Origin: Candidatus Saccharimonadales bacterium
Lineage (GTDB): Bacteria; Patescibacteriota; Saccharimonadia; Saccharimonadales; UBA4665
Assembly (NCBI GenBank): GCA_035547815.1
Contig: DASZUB010000034.1
Span: 829 to 64,828, forward strand
Direction: 5' to 3'
Length of the DNA: 64,000 nucleotides
Below, in pieces: positions 27,191-37,900 of the stretch (positions are counted from its first letter, which is position 1; every line of letters begins with the position of its first letter). Below the pieces are notes generated by a model that did not search any database, was not told where the DNA came from, and worked only from the letters and a program-made list of their open reading frames with translations. The position numbers and the translations under genes are program-made.

Positions 27191-28326
27191 GCGGCTATGG
27201 CGAGCTCATCAAGCTCTGCCGTTGTACGGCCGGCGTCGATAGTCATGAGGTGGCCCAGGTCGGGTAAGATTCGCTGGCGGACCTGGCCGGGGTAGATAGA
27301 ACCAAGCTTATCCCACTGGGGAATTTGTTCGATGATGAGCGGGTCAAGTTCGCCACCTAAAACATAGACCATGAGTTCCGGGGCAATATGTTTGAGCATA
27401 CTCCACTCGGCGCCGTTTTGGACGCTCTTGAAGTCGGCATGGATGGCTTGCAGGCGCGGCCATAATTTTTGCGGTGCCGAAGCATAAGCGGCCACGATCG
27501 GTACGCAGGCCAGCGTATCTTTCGGCCGCTTGCGGAACATTCTTGCCAGGTCCCATGGGATATGCTCGATAAATTTATCGGTCAAGTACCTGCGGTGCTG
27601 ATCCTCATCCAAATCCGGATCACGGAAATTCTCGCTATCGTCTACATGCAAAGCTACCACTGCCGATGCGATGAGCGTGAGACCTTCGATGTTGAGTTGT
27701 TTTGCCTCATCGGCGCCGACGTTCTGTTCGGCCATATGAGTCGCGATATATGAGCCGAGCGAGACTCCCATAAGCCGGATAGTACCATCCTGCGTAACGT
27801 GCCTCAGCAGTCTCAGGTTGAACCGGGCGGTCTTCTCCGGGCAGCGTCCCATGAGTTCTCTGCCTGACAGTAATTTACCGCCGTGACTGACGCCAGCGGT
27901 CGGGTTCGTGATGACCCGACGGTCGGGATGGCGCTCCGCATGCGCTACATGCAAACGGAGAGCGCTGCCGAAATCCCCAAATTCGGACAAGCCGGGATGT
28001 AGGACGTCATTCGCTGCCGTTGCCGGGTCGACACCTGTTTCGGGCCGCGGCTCGGTTACCAGTAACCGGGTGCTTATTTTTACGGCTCCCCGGCCATCGC
28101 TTACCACGACGCCTTTCGGCATGGCCGGGCTGTTCAGGTGCGGTTGGTTGATGGCTATATTTGTGACGCGCGAAACAGTACGCCCTATCATGCCGAATAC
28201 ACTGGGCGCGCCATCGTCATATAAAAATCCCTTCTCGTCAGGAGAAGGGGCTGGAGCGAGCGCCGGCCGCGGCTGAGAGCCCGTGGTATCGGGCCTCGGA
28301 TTTTGCAGTACTTTTGCGGCTTCCAT
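27187..28326 (-). CDS. alpha/beta-hydrolase-fold protein with proline-rich N-terminus
   Basis: GVSLGS nucleophile elbow (G-x-S-x-G) and a C-terminal LGHLM histidine. The start is uncertain (ATG 28326 or TTG 28398). Confidence 0.55.
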   Translation of the reverse strand: MEAAKVLQNPRPDTTGSQPRPALAPAPSPDEKGFLYDDGAPSVFGMIGRTVSRVTNIAINQPHLNSPAMPKGVVVSDGRGAVKISTRLLVTEPRPETGVDPATAANDVLHPGLSEFGDFGSALRLHVAHAERHPDRRVITNPTAGVSHGGKLLSGRELMGRCPEKTARFNLRLLRHVTQDGTIRLMGVSLGSYIATHMAEQNVGADEAKQLNIEGLTLIASAVVALHVDDSENFRDPDLDEDQHRRYLTDKFIEHIPWDLARMFRKRPKDTLACVPIVAAYASAPQKLWPRLQAIHADFKSVQNGAEWSMLKHIAPELMVYVLGGELDPLIIEQIPQWDKLGSIYPGQVRQRILPDLGHLMTIDAGRTTAELDELAIAA

Positions 28327-28457
28327 GGCAGTAGTTTTACTTTCTATAATCGTAATCCTTATGCTCGGGGTTTGTAAAGCGTGTAATTTCGTCGTCAAAT
28401 TAACAGGGATAAAATACTCTACTTTTATCCTTTACTCTGATACAATTATTGATAACC

Positions 28458-28751
28458 ATGGCGAAACTTACCCGGGAAGATGTCTTAAAATTGGCTCGGT
28501 TGGCGCGTCTTGACCTTACAGAGGAAGAGATCGAGGAATTCCGCAGCGAGCTATCAGAAATCCTTCAATATGTTGAGCAGTTGCAGTCTGTCGACGTAAG
28601 CGGTCTAGAGCCGACGAATCAGGTAACAGGTTTGACCGACATTACTCGGCCTGACGAAATCCATGATTACGGATATAAGACGGAGAAGTTGCTGGAGAAT
28701 GTGCCGGCTGTCAAAGACAACCAAATACAAGTGAAACGGATGCTCGGCTGA
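28458..28751 (+). CDS. gatC: Asp/Glu-tRNA(Asn/Gln) amidotransferase subunit C
   Basis: LARLARLDLTEEEIEEF and LQYVEQL motifs. The ATG lies 11 nt after TGATACAAT. Confidence 0.9.
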   Translation: MAKLTREDVLKLARLARLDLTEEEIEEFRSELSEILQYVEQLQSVDVSGLEPTNQVTGLTDITRPDEIHDYGYKTEKLLENVPAVKDNQIQVKRMLG

Positions 28752-30169
28752 TGGCGGGTAGCCAGTGGTTGCCAGTCGCGGAGATCGCCGCCCAGGTGAA
28801 GGGTGGCAAGTTAAAAGCCGTTGACCTGGTCGAGCAATCCCTGAAGACGATCGCCGAGAAGAAAGAGTACGACGCGATCATAGCCACTACTGAAGAACGG
28901 GCGCGGGAACGGGCAAAGAAGGTCGACGCCGGAGAAATCACCGGCCGGCTGGTTGGCGTGCCGTTCATAGCCAAGGATAATTTCCTGGTCTTTGGCGCCG
29001 AGACCACGGCGGCCAGCAACATTTTGCGCGGTTTCGAAGCACCGTACCAAGCGACTGCCATAGAAAAGCTAGAAGCTGAAGGTGCCATCTGTGTCGCCAA
29101 GGCCAACCTGGACGCCTTCGCCCACGGCACCTCCACCGAAAACAGCGACTTTTTTACCACTAAGAACCCCCACGATAAGACGCGCGTGCCGGGCGGCAGT
29201 TCCGGCGGCTCGGCCGCGGCGGTCGTGCTAGATATGGCGCCATTTGCCCTGGGGACAGACACAGGCGGCTCTATCCGCCAGCCCGCCAGCTTCGTAGGCG
29301 CAGTCGGCTACAAGCCGACTTACGGGCTTGTCAGTCGTAGTGGCGTGGTGGCTATGGGTTCAAGCTTGGATGTCATCGGTCCGCTGGCTCGCAGCGTAGA
29401 AGACGCCGCGCTGGTGCTTGACGTGATGGCCGGCCGCGACGATCTGGACGGTACCACTATCGAGCGCAATGCTGATGGCTATGTTGATTTAAGCGGCACC
29501 ATAAAAGGTCAAAAAATCGGGATCATCAAAGAATATATGAGCGAGGGCGTCTCGCCTGAAGTAAAAGAGGTAGTAGAGAGTGCCGTCAAAAAGCTGGAGG
29601 CAGCCGGCGCCGAAATCAGCGAAGTAAGCCTGCCCTCCCTGCCAGCAGCGCTGGCGGTCTATTATATACTTTGCCCGGCTGAAGTTAGCAGCAATCTGGG
29701 CCGTTACGACGGCCAACGCTTCGGTTACAGCTATAAAGAAGCCAAAAATATGGACGAAAGTTACACTAAATCGCGCGGGCGCGGCTTCGGCAAAGAGGCC
29801 AAGCGACGCATCATGATCGGTACGCATGTGCTGAGCACCGGATATTACGACGCTTATTACAAAAAGGCCCAGACGGTACGCACCAAACTCATAAAAGAGG
29901 CCGAAAAGGCATTCCAGCAAGTAGATTTTTTGATCGGTCCGGTGGCGCCGACGCCGGCTTTCAAGATCGGTGAAAACGTGAATGATCCACTCAAGATGTA
30001 TCTGAGCGATATCATGACCGTGGCCGCTAACCTGGTCGGTAACGCAGCTATCAGCTTGCCGGCGGGTCAGGCGGACGGTTTACCTGTCGGCGTCCAGTTA
30101 ATGGCGCCGCAACGTGAGGACAGGGAACTTCTAGCGCTTGCCAAAAAGGCGGAGGAGTTACTGGTATGA
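28751..30169 (+). CDS. gatA: Asp/Glu-tRNA(Asn/Gln) amidotransferase subunit A
   Basis: Amidase signature GGSSGGSAAAV with GTDTGGSIRQPA. Confidence 0.95.
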   Translation: MAGSQWLPVAEIAAQVKGGKLKAVDLVEQSLKTIAEKKEYDAIIATTEERARERAKKVDAGEITGRLVGVPFIAKDNFLVFGAETTAASNILRGFEAPYQATAIEKLEAEGAICVAKANLDAFAHGTSTENSDFFTTKNPHDKTRVPGGSSGGSAAAVVLDMAPFALGTDTGGSIRQPASFVGAVGYKPTYGLVSRSGVVAMGSSLDVIGPLARSVEDAALVLDVMAGRDDLDGTTIERNADGYVDLSGTIKGQKIGIIKEYMSEGVSPEVKEVVESAVKKLEAAGAEISEVSLPSLPAALAVYYILCPAEVSSNLGRYDGQRFGYSYKEAKNMDESYTKSRGRGFGKEAKRRIMIGTHVLSTGYYDAYYKKAQTVRTKLIKEAEKAFQQVDFLIGPVAPTPAFKIGENVNDPLKMYLSDIMTVAANLVGNAAISLPAGQADGLPVGVQLMAPQREDRELLALAKKAEELLV

Positions 30170-30525
30170 AGTTTTTGCCTCGCCGACGCCGGAAGATGAA
30201 CGTCGACAAGTTCACCGAGCGATGGAAAGACCTGCAGAAGCATTGCGCCAGCCGCAAGACCTGGCCGCAGGCGATCGTCGAGGCTGATGACCTGCTGTGC
30301 GAGGCGCTTAAAAAGGCGGGATATAAGGGCAAGACTCCAGGCGAGCGGCTGGTCGCGGCCCAGCATGACCTGAGCGACAACGAATCGGTCTGGGTCGGCC
30401 ATAAGCTGCGCAAGAAAATCTCTGAAGAAGGCGTGGATGTGCGCACACTCAAGAAACGTGACATAGTCACCGCACTGGCCGGTTTCCGCGAAGCTTTGCG
30501 CGATATGGGAGCGCTAGAAAAATGA
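30166..30525 (+). CDS. hypothetical helical protein (119 aa) between gatA and gatB
   Basis: ATGA overlaps at both ends (30166-30169 and 30522-30525). It has a basic N-terminus. No family recognised. Confidence 0.6.
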   Translation: MKFLPRRRRKMNVDKFTERWKDLQKHCASRKTWPQAIVEADDLLCEALKKAGYKGKTPGERLVAAQHDLSDNESVWVGHKLRKKISEEGVDVRTLKKRDIVTALAGFREALRDMGALEK

Positions 30526-31961
30526 TCGACCAAAAGACGCGCAGTCAATATAAAGCGACTATCGGTATAGAGTGCCACGTGCAGCTCAAGACCAAGACCA
30601 AGCTGTTTTCTGCTGTCGGCAACGATGCCCGCGAAGCTCCGCCAAATACACTCGTAAGTCATATAGATTTCGGCCTGCCGGGTGCGCTGCCGGTCTTGAA
30701 CCGCGAGGCGGTCCATCTGGCCACTCGCGCGGCTTTCGCCCTTGGCGCCGAACCGGAAAAATTCAGCAAATTCGACCGCAAGCACTATTTTTATCCAGAT
30801 TTACCTAAGGGTTACCAGATCAGCCAGTACGATGAACCGATTATCACCAAAGGCTCTGTCAAAATAGAGGTCGACGGCCAGGAGAAGGCGATAGGCATTA
30901 CCCGCGCTCATCTCGAGGAAGACGCTGGCAAAAGCACCCACCAAGCCGGGCAGGATTACAGCTTAGTCGACCTGAATCGCGCCGGTACGCCGCTGCTCGA
31001 GATCGTCAGTGAGCCGGATATGCACAGCGCGGCCGAAGCCAAGGCCTACGTCCGCGAGCTTTATCTGCGCATGCGCTACGCCGATGTTTCCGAAGCCAAC
31101 CTCTTTTACGGCAATATGCGTTTCGATGTGAATGTCAGCGTCAGCAAGACGGACGAACTTGGCACGCGCAGTGAGACCAAGAACCTCAATAGCTTCCGCG
31201 CCGTCGAAAAAGCCGTCGACTATGAGATTGATCGTCAGATAGGATTGCTCGAAAAAGGTCAGAAAATCGCGCAGGAGACGCGTGGGTGGGACGACGCCAA
31301 ACAAAAGACTTTTAGTCAGCGCACCAAAGAGGATGCCGACGATTACCGCTACATGCCCGATCCTGACATTCCGCCGATCACCATCGACCAGCAGTACATC
31401 GACAAGATCCGGCACGAGATGCCGAAACTGCCTGATGACTACCGCGAGGAATTCGGCTCTATGGAGATTGACCCGAAAGTCATTGAAGATATCTTGGCTA
31501 ATCCGGATATTGCTATACAGGTATCGCGGATTCTTGATAAGAGCGGGAAGGACGATGCCCGCCGGGCAGCGTTCTGGTTGCTCGAAACGCCGGAAGTCGA
31601 AGAAGAGGAGTCAGACGCGCCTAAAGTATCAGATGAGCAGTTCATAAAGCTTTCCGCGCTGGTCGGCGAAAACAAACTTAGTTCGACCGCCGCCAAAGAG
31701 GTGCTCGCAGAGATTCAGAAATCCGGTGGCGATCCCGAAACGATCGCGTCCGACCGAAATCTACTTCAGGTCTCTGACGAAGGGGAGATCGCGAAGATCG
31801 TAGAGCAAGTAATAAACGACAATCCAAAAGCTGCCGAAGATGTGAAAAGCGGCGAGATGAAAGCCGTCGGATTCTTGGTCGGCCAAGTCATGAAAGCGTC
31901 AAAGGGCAAAGCCAACCCGTCGCTCGCCCAGGACCTGATCAAAAAGCAGCTCGGCATCTGA
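30522..31961 (+). CDS. gatB: Asp/Glu-tRNA(Asn/Gln) amidotransferase subunit B
   Basis: IGIECHVQL, RAHLEEDAGK and a C-terminal GatB/YqeY-like domain. Confidence 0.95.
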   Translation: MIDQKTRSQYKATIGIECHVQLKTKTKLFSAVGNDAREAPPNTLVSHIDFGLPGALPVLNREAVHLATRAAFALGAEPEKFSKFDRKHYFYPDLPKGYQISQYDEPIITKGSVKIEVDGQEKAIGITRAHLEEDAGKSTHQAGQDYSLVDLNRAGTPLLEIVSEPDMHSAAEAKAYVRELYLRMRYADVSEANLFYGNMRFDVNVSVSKTDELGTRSETKNLNSFRAVEKAVDYEIDRQIGLLEKGQKIAQETRGWDDAKQKTFSQRTKEDADDYRYMPDPDIPPITIDQQYIDKIRHEMPKLPDDYREEFGSMEIDPKVIEDILANPDIAIQVSRILDKSGKDDARRAAFWLLETPEVEEEESDAPKVSDEQFIKLSALVGENKLSSTAAKEVLAEIQKSGGDPETIASDRNLLQVSDEGEIAKIVEQVINDNPKAAEDVKSGEMKAVGFLVGQVMKASKGKANPSLAQDLIKKQLGI

Positions 31962-31992
31962 GTGGCCACCTCTGCATGATACAATCTAGGCA

Positions 31993-32892
31993 ATGAGCCA
32001 GCAGAAGCAGAAAGTCCGCAAAGCAGTCATCGCGGCGGCCGGTTTCGGCACACGTTTCCTGCCGTTCACCAAGGCCATGCCTAAGGAGATGCTGCCGCTG
32101 GTCGATAAGCCGATCATACAGTTCATCGTCGAGGAGCTGGTCGACGCCGGTATCGAGGATATCGTCATAGTCACCGGTTACCACAAGCGCTCCATAGAGG
32201 ATCATTTCGACCATATGAGCATGGAGCTGCGCGCCAACCTGAGGCAAGGCGGCAAGGACAAACAGCTCGCCGAAACGCGCAAGATATCCGAGCTGGCCAA
32301 CTTCGCTTACATCCGGCAAAAAGGTCCTTATGGCACCGGTACGCCGCTTCTGAACGCCGCACACCTGATCGGCGATGAGCCGTTCATCTACACTTTCGCG
32401 GACGATTTCGTGGTCGCCAGCCCCAGCCGCTTCAAGCAGCTGATCGGCGTGAATGCCAAACGGGGCGGCTCGGTGCTGACGTGTGTCCGGCGCGACGATG
32501 ACGAAGATTATAAGCGCTATGGATATGTGGCAGGCAAAGAAATCGCCGCTGGCGTGTTAGATATGACCACCGTCATCGAAAAGCCCGGCAGCCGCGCCAA
32601 GGCGCCATCTGATCTGGCGACCGTCAGCGGCTACCTACTCGAACCAGCCATCCTCGACTATTTGCAAAAGCAGCTGAAAACATATGATAAAAGCGGCGAA
32701 TTCAACATCCAAGACGCCATGCAAGCCATGGTGGATGACGGCCACCACATCTATGCCCACGAGATTTCCGACGGTACTTTCTACGATACCGGCAACCCGG
32801 TCGGCTATCTGAAAACGGTCTTCGATTTCGCGCTGCAGCGCCCCGACACCGAAGTTGAGCTGCGCGAACATCTGCGCCAAAAATTGCAATAG
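31993..32892 (+). CDS. galU: UTP--glucose-1-phosphate uridylyltransferase
   Basis: AVIAAAGFGTRFLPFTKAMPKEMLPLVDKP N-terminal signature. Confidence 0.92.
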   Translation: MSQQKQKVRKAVIAAAGFGTRFLPFTKAMPKEMLPLVDKPIIQFIVEELVDAGIEDIVIVTGYHKRSIEDHFDHMSMELRANLRQGGKDKQLAETRKISELANFAYIRQKGPYGTGTPLLNAAHLIGDEPFIYTFADDFVVASPSRFKQLIGVNAKRGGSVLTCVRRDDDEDYKRYGYVAGKEIAAGVLDMTTVIEKPGSRAKAPSDLATVSGYLLEPAILDYLQKQLKTYDKSGEFNIQDAMQAMVDDGHHIYAHEISDGTFYDTGNPVGYLKTVFDFALQRPDTEVELREHLRQKLQ

Positions 32893-32917
32893 TATACAGA
32901 GGTAGTATACTTAAGGT

Positions 32918-33175
32918 ATGCCTACCGTAGACCAAGTACTGATTATTATCGTAAGCGTACTGCTCAGCGTCTTTATCTTACTGTGCATATCTGTAATGGT
33001 GGTGGTCCTGAAGCTGATAAGCAGCCTACGCCAGATGGTTGAGCGGGCTGAGGAAGCCGTAGAATCCGTAGAGAGCGCCGCCGAGATTCTAAAAGACACT
33101 TCCGGCCGCTTGGCGCTGTTCAAGCTTATCCGGAATGTTATGAAACTAGTGCAAGCTAAGCAAAGGAAGAGATAA
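32918..33175 (+). CDS. small membrane protein, DUF948-like (TM helix plus coiled coil)
   Basis: 85 aa with an N-terminal TM and then a helical E/A-rich segment. The stop overlaps the next ATG (TAATG). Confidence 0.55.
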   Translation: MPTVDQVLIIIVSVLLSVFILLCISVMVVVLKLISSLRQMVERAEEAVESVESAAEILKDTSGRLALFKLIRNVMKLVQAKQRKR

Positions 33176-33591
33176 TGGCACGCAGGAATGATCATGATAC
33201 GGCCAAGAAAATCGCTATCGGCAGCGCTATCGCCGGTGTCGCCGGTTTCGTAGCCGGCGTATTGACGGCGCCCAAGAGCGGCAAAGAGACGCGCGAAGAT
33301 ATCAAAGAGACCGCTGACAGAGGCGTGGATGAGGCCGAAAAAGACTTTAAGAAGCTCCAGGACGAAGTCGACAAAGTTATCAAGCAAGCCAAGGCCAACC
33401 GGGCCAAACTGAGCAAAAGCGCCCAGGCCGAACTCAACGATCTGATAGATAAAGCCAAAGACGGCAAAGGCAAGGCTGGCGAGGTGTTCAGCGCCGTCCG
33501 CGACGGCGAGGCAGAAGACCGCGACCTGGACCGGGCCATCAAATCCGCCAGCCGCTCGTTGGATCACCTCAAAAAGTATCTGAAGAAATAG
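33175..33591 (+). CDS. YtxH domain-containing protein
   Basis: GVLTAPKSGKETREDIK motif characteristic of YtxH, followed by coiled-coil-like K/E/A-rich sequence. Confidence 0.75.
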   Translation: MARRNDHDTAKKIAIGSAIAGVAGFVAGVLTAPKSGKETREDIKETADRGVDEAEKDFKKLQDEVDKVIKQAKANRAKLSKSAQAELNDLIDKAKDGKGKAGEVFSAVRDGEAEDRDLDRAIKSASRSLDHLKKYLKK

Positions 33592-33645
33592 TTCGCCCAA
33601 TTTATCCTGCTTTAGCTTGCTTGAGACGGTAGGTTTAATCAGAAT

Positions 33646-34878
33646 ATGCCTATGGAAGTGGCGCGTCACGAAACCGATTTAGGTGTAGCAGGCTGGAACA
33701 CCTCTGCCGCGACAGCGCTTTTAATGGATGAAGACACAATTTCTTCCTTGAGACTTGCTAGCCTGGTGAAAGGACATATTGAACTTGAGCCTGCCGCCGC
33801 AAGCGACGAAAATTTCGTTGGCTTTCTTGTCCTAGCTCACGACTTTTATCTACAAAAGCAAGATTACAAGCAAGCCCACGCTTACGGGGTCAAACTCTAC
33901 CATATGGGCCGGGAAGACGTGGGCGCGCCGCTGCTGTATGAGAGCGCTTACCTGCTCGCGTTAGAAGAGCTTGGCAAGGCCACAGCGGCCCTAAACGACA
34001 AAAAATATCGAAGAGCAAGCGATAAAGGGGTGTGGTCCGCCATCCACTTCGGAGATGCTATTCGAGCCGGTAGAATTGAAGCCCAGGATGAGTTCTATAC
34101 CGCCGCCGGCGTAGCGATCGAAGCCAACGCGCTCTATGGCGGAAGTACCGAAGCCATAGAAGCACATATCTTTGACGACTGTGAGGAGTTTGGCATCCCG
34201 CCGCCGGTGGATATCGTACGTGCGGCCCGCTTGCGTATATATGACGAAGCTTTGAAAGGAGATAAATACTACCGCGCCAAAATAATGCTCAATTTGGCGC
34301 TGGGTTTGAACGAGCTCGGGCAAGAAATACCGGGTCTGACTCGATTGGCGGCGGTCTTAGGTATACGGGACTATCTCACTGGCAGGACAGACAATTTTCC
34401 GGATGAGTATTTCGAGGTCTTGGAGGCAGACAACTTTCCGAAGGAGGCGATGGCCGACTTGATGCTGGCCGCCAAACACAAAGAGTATGATATTAATTTA
34501 TCCGGAAGTGAACTTAACAGCGTTAATGACGTTGCGGTCTGGCCGTGGTTCAGGGCGGCTCGTATCTGCGTCGATCTAATCAGACTAGGCGACGAATCAG
34601 GAAAAGAAAAGTTGGTTTATGCGCTTGAACGGCAAGTCGAGGCAATCGACGTAAATTATTTTTGGCTTGCTGATGGTTATGGTGTGGAGGTTCATTTTGA
34701 CAGTTATGTCGATGCCGGTTTGATATCTGATGCGAAGTGTCAGGACCTGAAACAAGTTTTACGAGAGAGGTTCGTAAAAGTCCGCCAGCAGTTCACAGAC
34801 GGTTTAGAAGGACCTATCGACGAGTATAACCAGGCAATAGTAGACAGAATCGACCGGTCGATAGTCGAGTACACATAG
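33646..34878 (+). CDS. hypothetical protein (410 aa), acidic and predicted helical
   Basis: Long ORF with protein-like composition. No motif I can assign. Confidence 0.65.
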   Translation: MPMEVARHETDLGVAGWNTSAATALLMDEDTISSLRLASLVKGHIELEPAAASDENFVGFLVLAHDFYLQKQDYKQAHAYGVKLYHMGREDVGAPLLYESAYLLALEELGKATAALNDKKYRRASDKGVWSAIHFGDAIRAGRIEAQDEFYTAAGVAIEANALYGGSTEAIEAHIFDDCEEFGIPPPVDIVRAARLRIYDEALKGDKYYRAKIMLNLALGLNELGQEIPGLTRLAAVLGIRDYLTGRTDNFPDEYFEVLEADNFPKEAMADLMLAAKHKEYDINLSGSELNSVNDVAVWPWFRAARICVDLIRLGDESGKEKLVYALERQVEAIDVNYFWLADGYGVEVHFDSYVDAGLISDAKCQDLKQVLRERFVKVRQQFTDGLEGPIDEYNQAIVDRIDRSIVEYT

Positions 34879-34928
34879 TCCGAGGTGCTATAATTAATTA
34901 AGTACTGATAAGTTGTCAGAGGGGTATT

Positions 34929-37900
34929 TTGGGAGCAAAAAAACAAACGTTGAAGCCGTCGGATTATGTCCACCTGCATAACCATACGCAGTATAGTTTA
35001 CTCGATGGTCTGACTAAGGTGCCGAAACTTATAGAATATGTAAAAAAGCATGACATGGAAGCCGTCGCGATGACGGACCATGGCACTCTTAGCGGCACGA
35101 TCGAGTTTTATAAAGAAGCTAAGGCCAACGGTGTGAAGCCTATCATCGGCATGGAAGCATACATCGCTGCCCGCAAAATGACAGACAAAGAACCTGCCAA
35201 GGACAAACCGAATTACCACTTGATACTGCTGGCAATGAACGAAGAAGGCTACAAAAACCTGATGATTCTTAGTACAAAAGCCAACCTTGAGGGTTTTTAC
35301 TACAAACCACGTATCGATCATGAACTGCTGGAGAAGCACAGCGCTGGGTTGATCTGCCTGAGCGGCTGCGCTAGCAGTGAAGTAGGGGATCAGCTCAGGC
35401 AGGGTCAGTATGAAAAGGCGCTCGAGACCGCGAAATGGTATAAAAAAGTCTTTGGCGATCGCTATTATCTGGAGCTGCAGGATCATGGCCATGCCGAGCA
35501 TTCCAGTATGTGGGATGTCCAGAACGCCATAAATGACAATCTTTTAAAGCTCGGCAAGGAGCTAAATATTCCCGCTGTCGTGACCTGTGACGCGCATTAT
35601 TTGAAGCATGAGGACCAAGAGGCTCATGAGATATTGCTCTGCGTCCAGACAGGCTCCTTCCTGAGCGACGAGAAAAGGATGAGCCTGAAAGAAATCGAGC
35701 TGCATGTTACCGATCCCAAAGAAGTCATCAAACGCTGGGGTAAGGAACACCCTGAAGTCATCACTAACACCAAAGCGATTGCTGACAGATGCGATGTCGA
35801 GATAAAACTGGGCGGTATTTTGATTCCGAAATTTCCCGTGCCAAAAGGAGAGACGGAGAAATCCTACTTACATACGCTCACTTGGCAGGGGCTGGCGTGG
35901 CGTTACGGAAATATCGATGCCAAGAAGAGTGCTAAATTAAAAGATAATGAAGCAAAGAAACTGCTCACGAAAGAAATAATCGAACGCACTGAATATGAAC
36001 TTAGCACCATGGATACCATGGGCTTCAACGGATATTTCTTGATCGTGCAGGACTTTATCAAGTGGGGCAAGGACCAGGGGATCATATTCGGACCGGGTCG
36101 CGGATCGGCGGCCGGTTCTATAGTGGCCTACGCGCTTCGCATAACCGAGATCGAGCCGCTCGGCTATAAGCTGATGTTCGAAAGGTTCCTGAATCCTGGG
36201 CGTATCAGCATGCCCGACATCGACATCGACATACAAGATACCAGGCGCGATGAAGTTATCCAGTATTGCGTCAACAAGTACGGCAAGGATCACGTGGCCA
36301 ACATTGTTACTTTCGGTCGGATGGCTGCCCGAAATGCCGTCCGGGATGTTTCGCGTGTGCTTCAGGTACCATATGCCGAAGCCGACCGTTTGGCAAAGAT
36401 GATTCCTCCGCCGGTACAGGGACGGCACATCCCGCTCGTTAAATCCCTTAAGGATGACCGTGACCTCAGACAGGAATACGCCAGCAATCAAACGGCTAAA
36501 CAGGTCTTTGATCTGGCTGTCCAATTGGAGGGCACCATACGTTCGCACGGCGTCCACGCCGCTGGCGTCGTGATCGCGCCGGAAGACATCGTTAACTACA
36601 CACCGCTCGAAATGGCCCAAAAAGGTGTCATCGCCACGCAGTATTCTATGGGGCCGATAGAAGAGTTGGGGCTGCTCAAGATGGACTTTCTCGGTCTCAG
36701 CAACCTGACTATCTTGAATAACGCGCTTCGGATTGTCCGCAAGGTATACGGCAAAAAGATCGAACTGAGCGAAATTCCGAACGACGACGATAAGACCTTG
36801 GCACTGTTCCGTTCCGGCGACACTACCGGCGTGTTCCAATTTGAATCCGCCGGCATGAAACGCTATCTGAAAGAGCTCAAACCAACCGAGTTCGCCGATC
36901 TGGTGGCCATGAACGCCTTGTACCGGCCAGGACCGATGGAACAGATCCCAGCATTCATTAAGGGAAAGAACAATGCCTCCTCAGTCACTTATCTGCACGA
37001 TTCGCTTAAACCTGTCCTTGAAGACACTTACGGCGTCATAGTCTATCAGGAAAATATCATCCAGCTCCTGCAGCTGGTGGCAGGCTATACGCCGGGCGAG
37101 GCTGACCTGGTGCGCAAAGCCATAGGTAAGAAGAAACGTGACATCATGCGGGCCGAGGAGCCAAAATTCATTGCCGGTTGCAAAAAACAAGGCCTGAACG
37201 AAAAGCAGGCTAACCAGCTGTGGTCCCTAATCCAGCCATTCGCCGATTATTCTTTCAACCGCGCGCATGCCACCTGTTATGCCCAGATCGCCTACTGGAC
37301 GGCTTATCTGAAGGCGCATTATCCGGAGGCGTTCATGGCCGCCGTCATGACGAGCGATTACGACGACAACGACCGCTTGGCGATAGAGATCACGGAATGC
37401 CAGCGCATGGGCATAACCGTGTTGCCGCCGGACGTCAACGAGTCGTTCGTGGAGTTCGCCGTAGTGCCCGGCAAAAAAGAAATCCGTTTCGGCTTGGCCG
37501 CTATCAAGAATGTCGGCACCGGCGCCGTGGAGGAAATCCTGAGGGCGCGCAAAGAACGTGGCTTCCAAGATTTGGAAGATTTCCTAAGACGTGTCGATAG
37601 CTCCGTAGTTAACCGCAAAGCCATGGAAAGCCTTATAAAAGCCGGTGCTTTCGACCGTTTCGGAGAGCGGGGGACACTGTTGCACAACCTGGAAAGCATC
37701 ATGGCTTTCACGGCGCGTCTCCATAAACAGGCTAACAGCGGTCAAACCGATCTTTTCGGTTCGCTCGATGGCGCCTCCGAACACCGCCAACGCTTGGAAT
37801 TGGTGCCGCCGCCTAATGAAATCGATGGTCATCAACAGCTGCAGTGGGAAAGAGAATTGCTCGGCTTATACCTGAGCCGCCATCCGCTGGAAGCCTTCAA

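Noticed and set aside
32911-33669. A 252-aa minus-strand ORF covering the DUF948-like and YtxH genes.
   Set aside because: It lies antisense to two ORFs with recognisable motifs (the YtxH APKSGKETRE motif) and good Shine-Dalgarno and start signals. Its own translation is low-complexity and has no start signal. It is a typical shadow ORF of GC-rich coding DNA.
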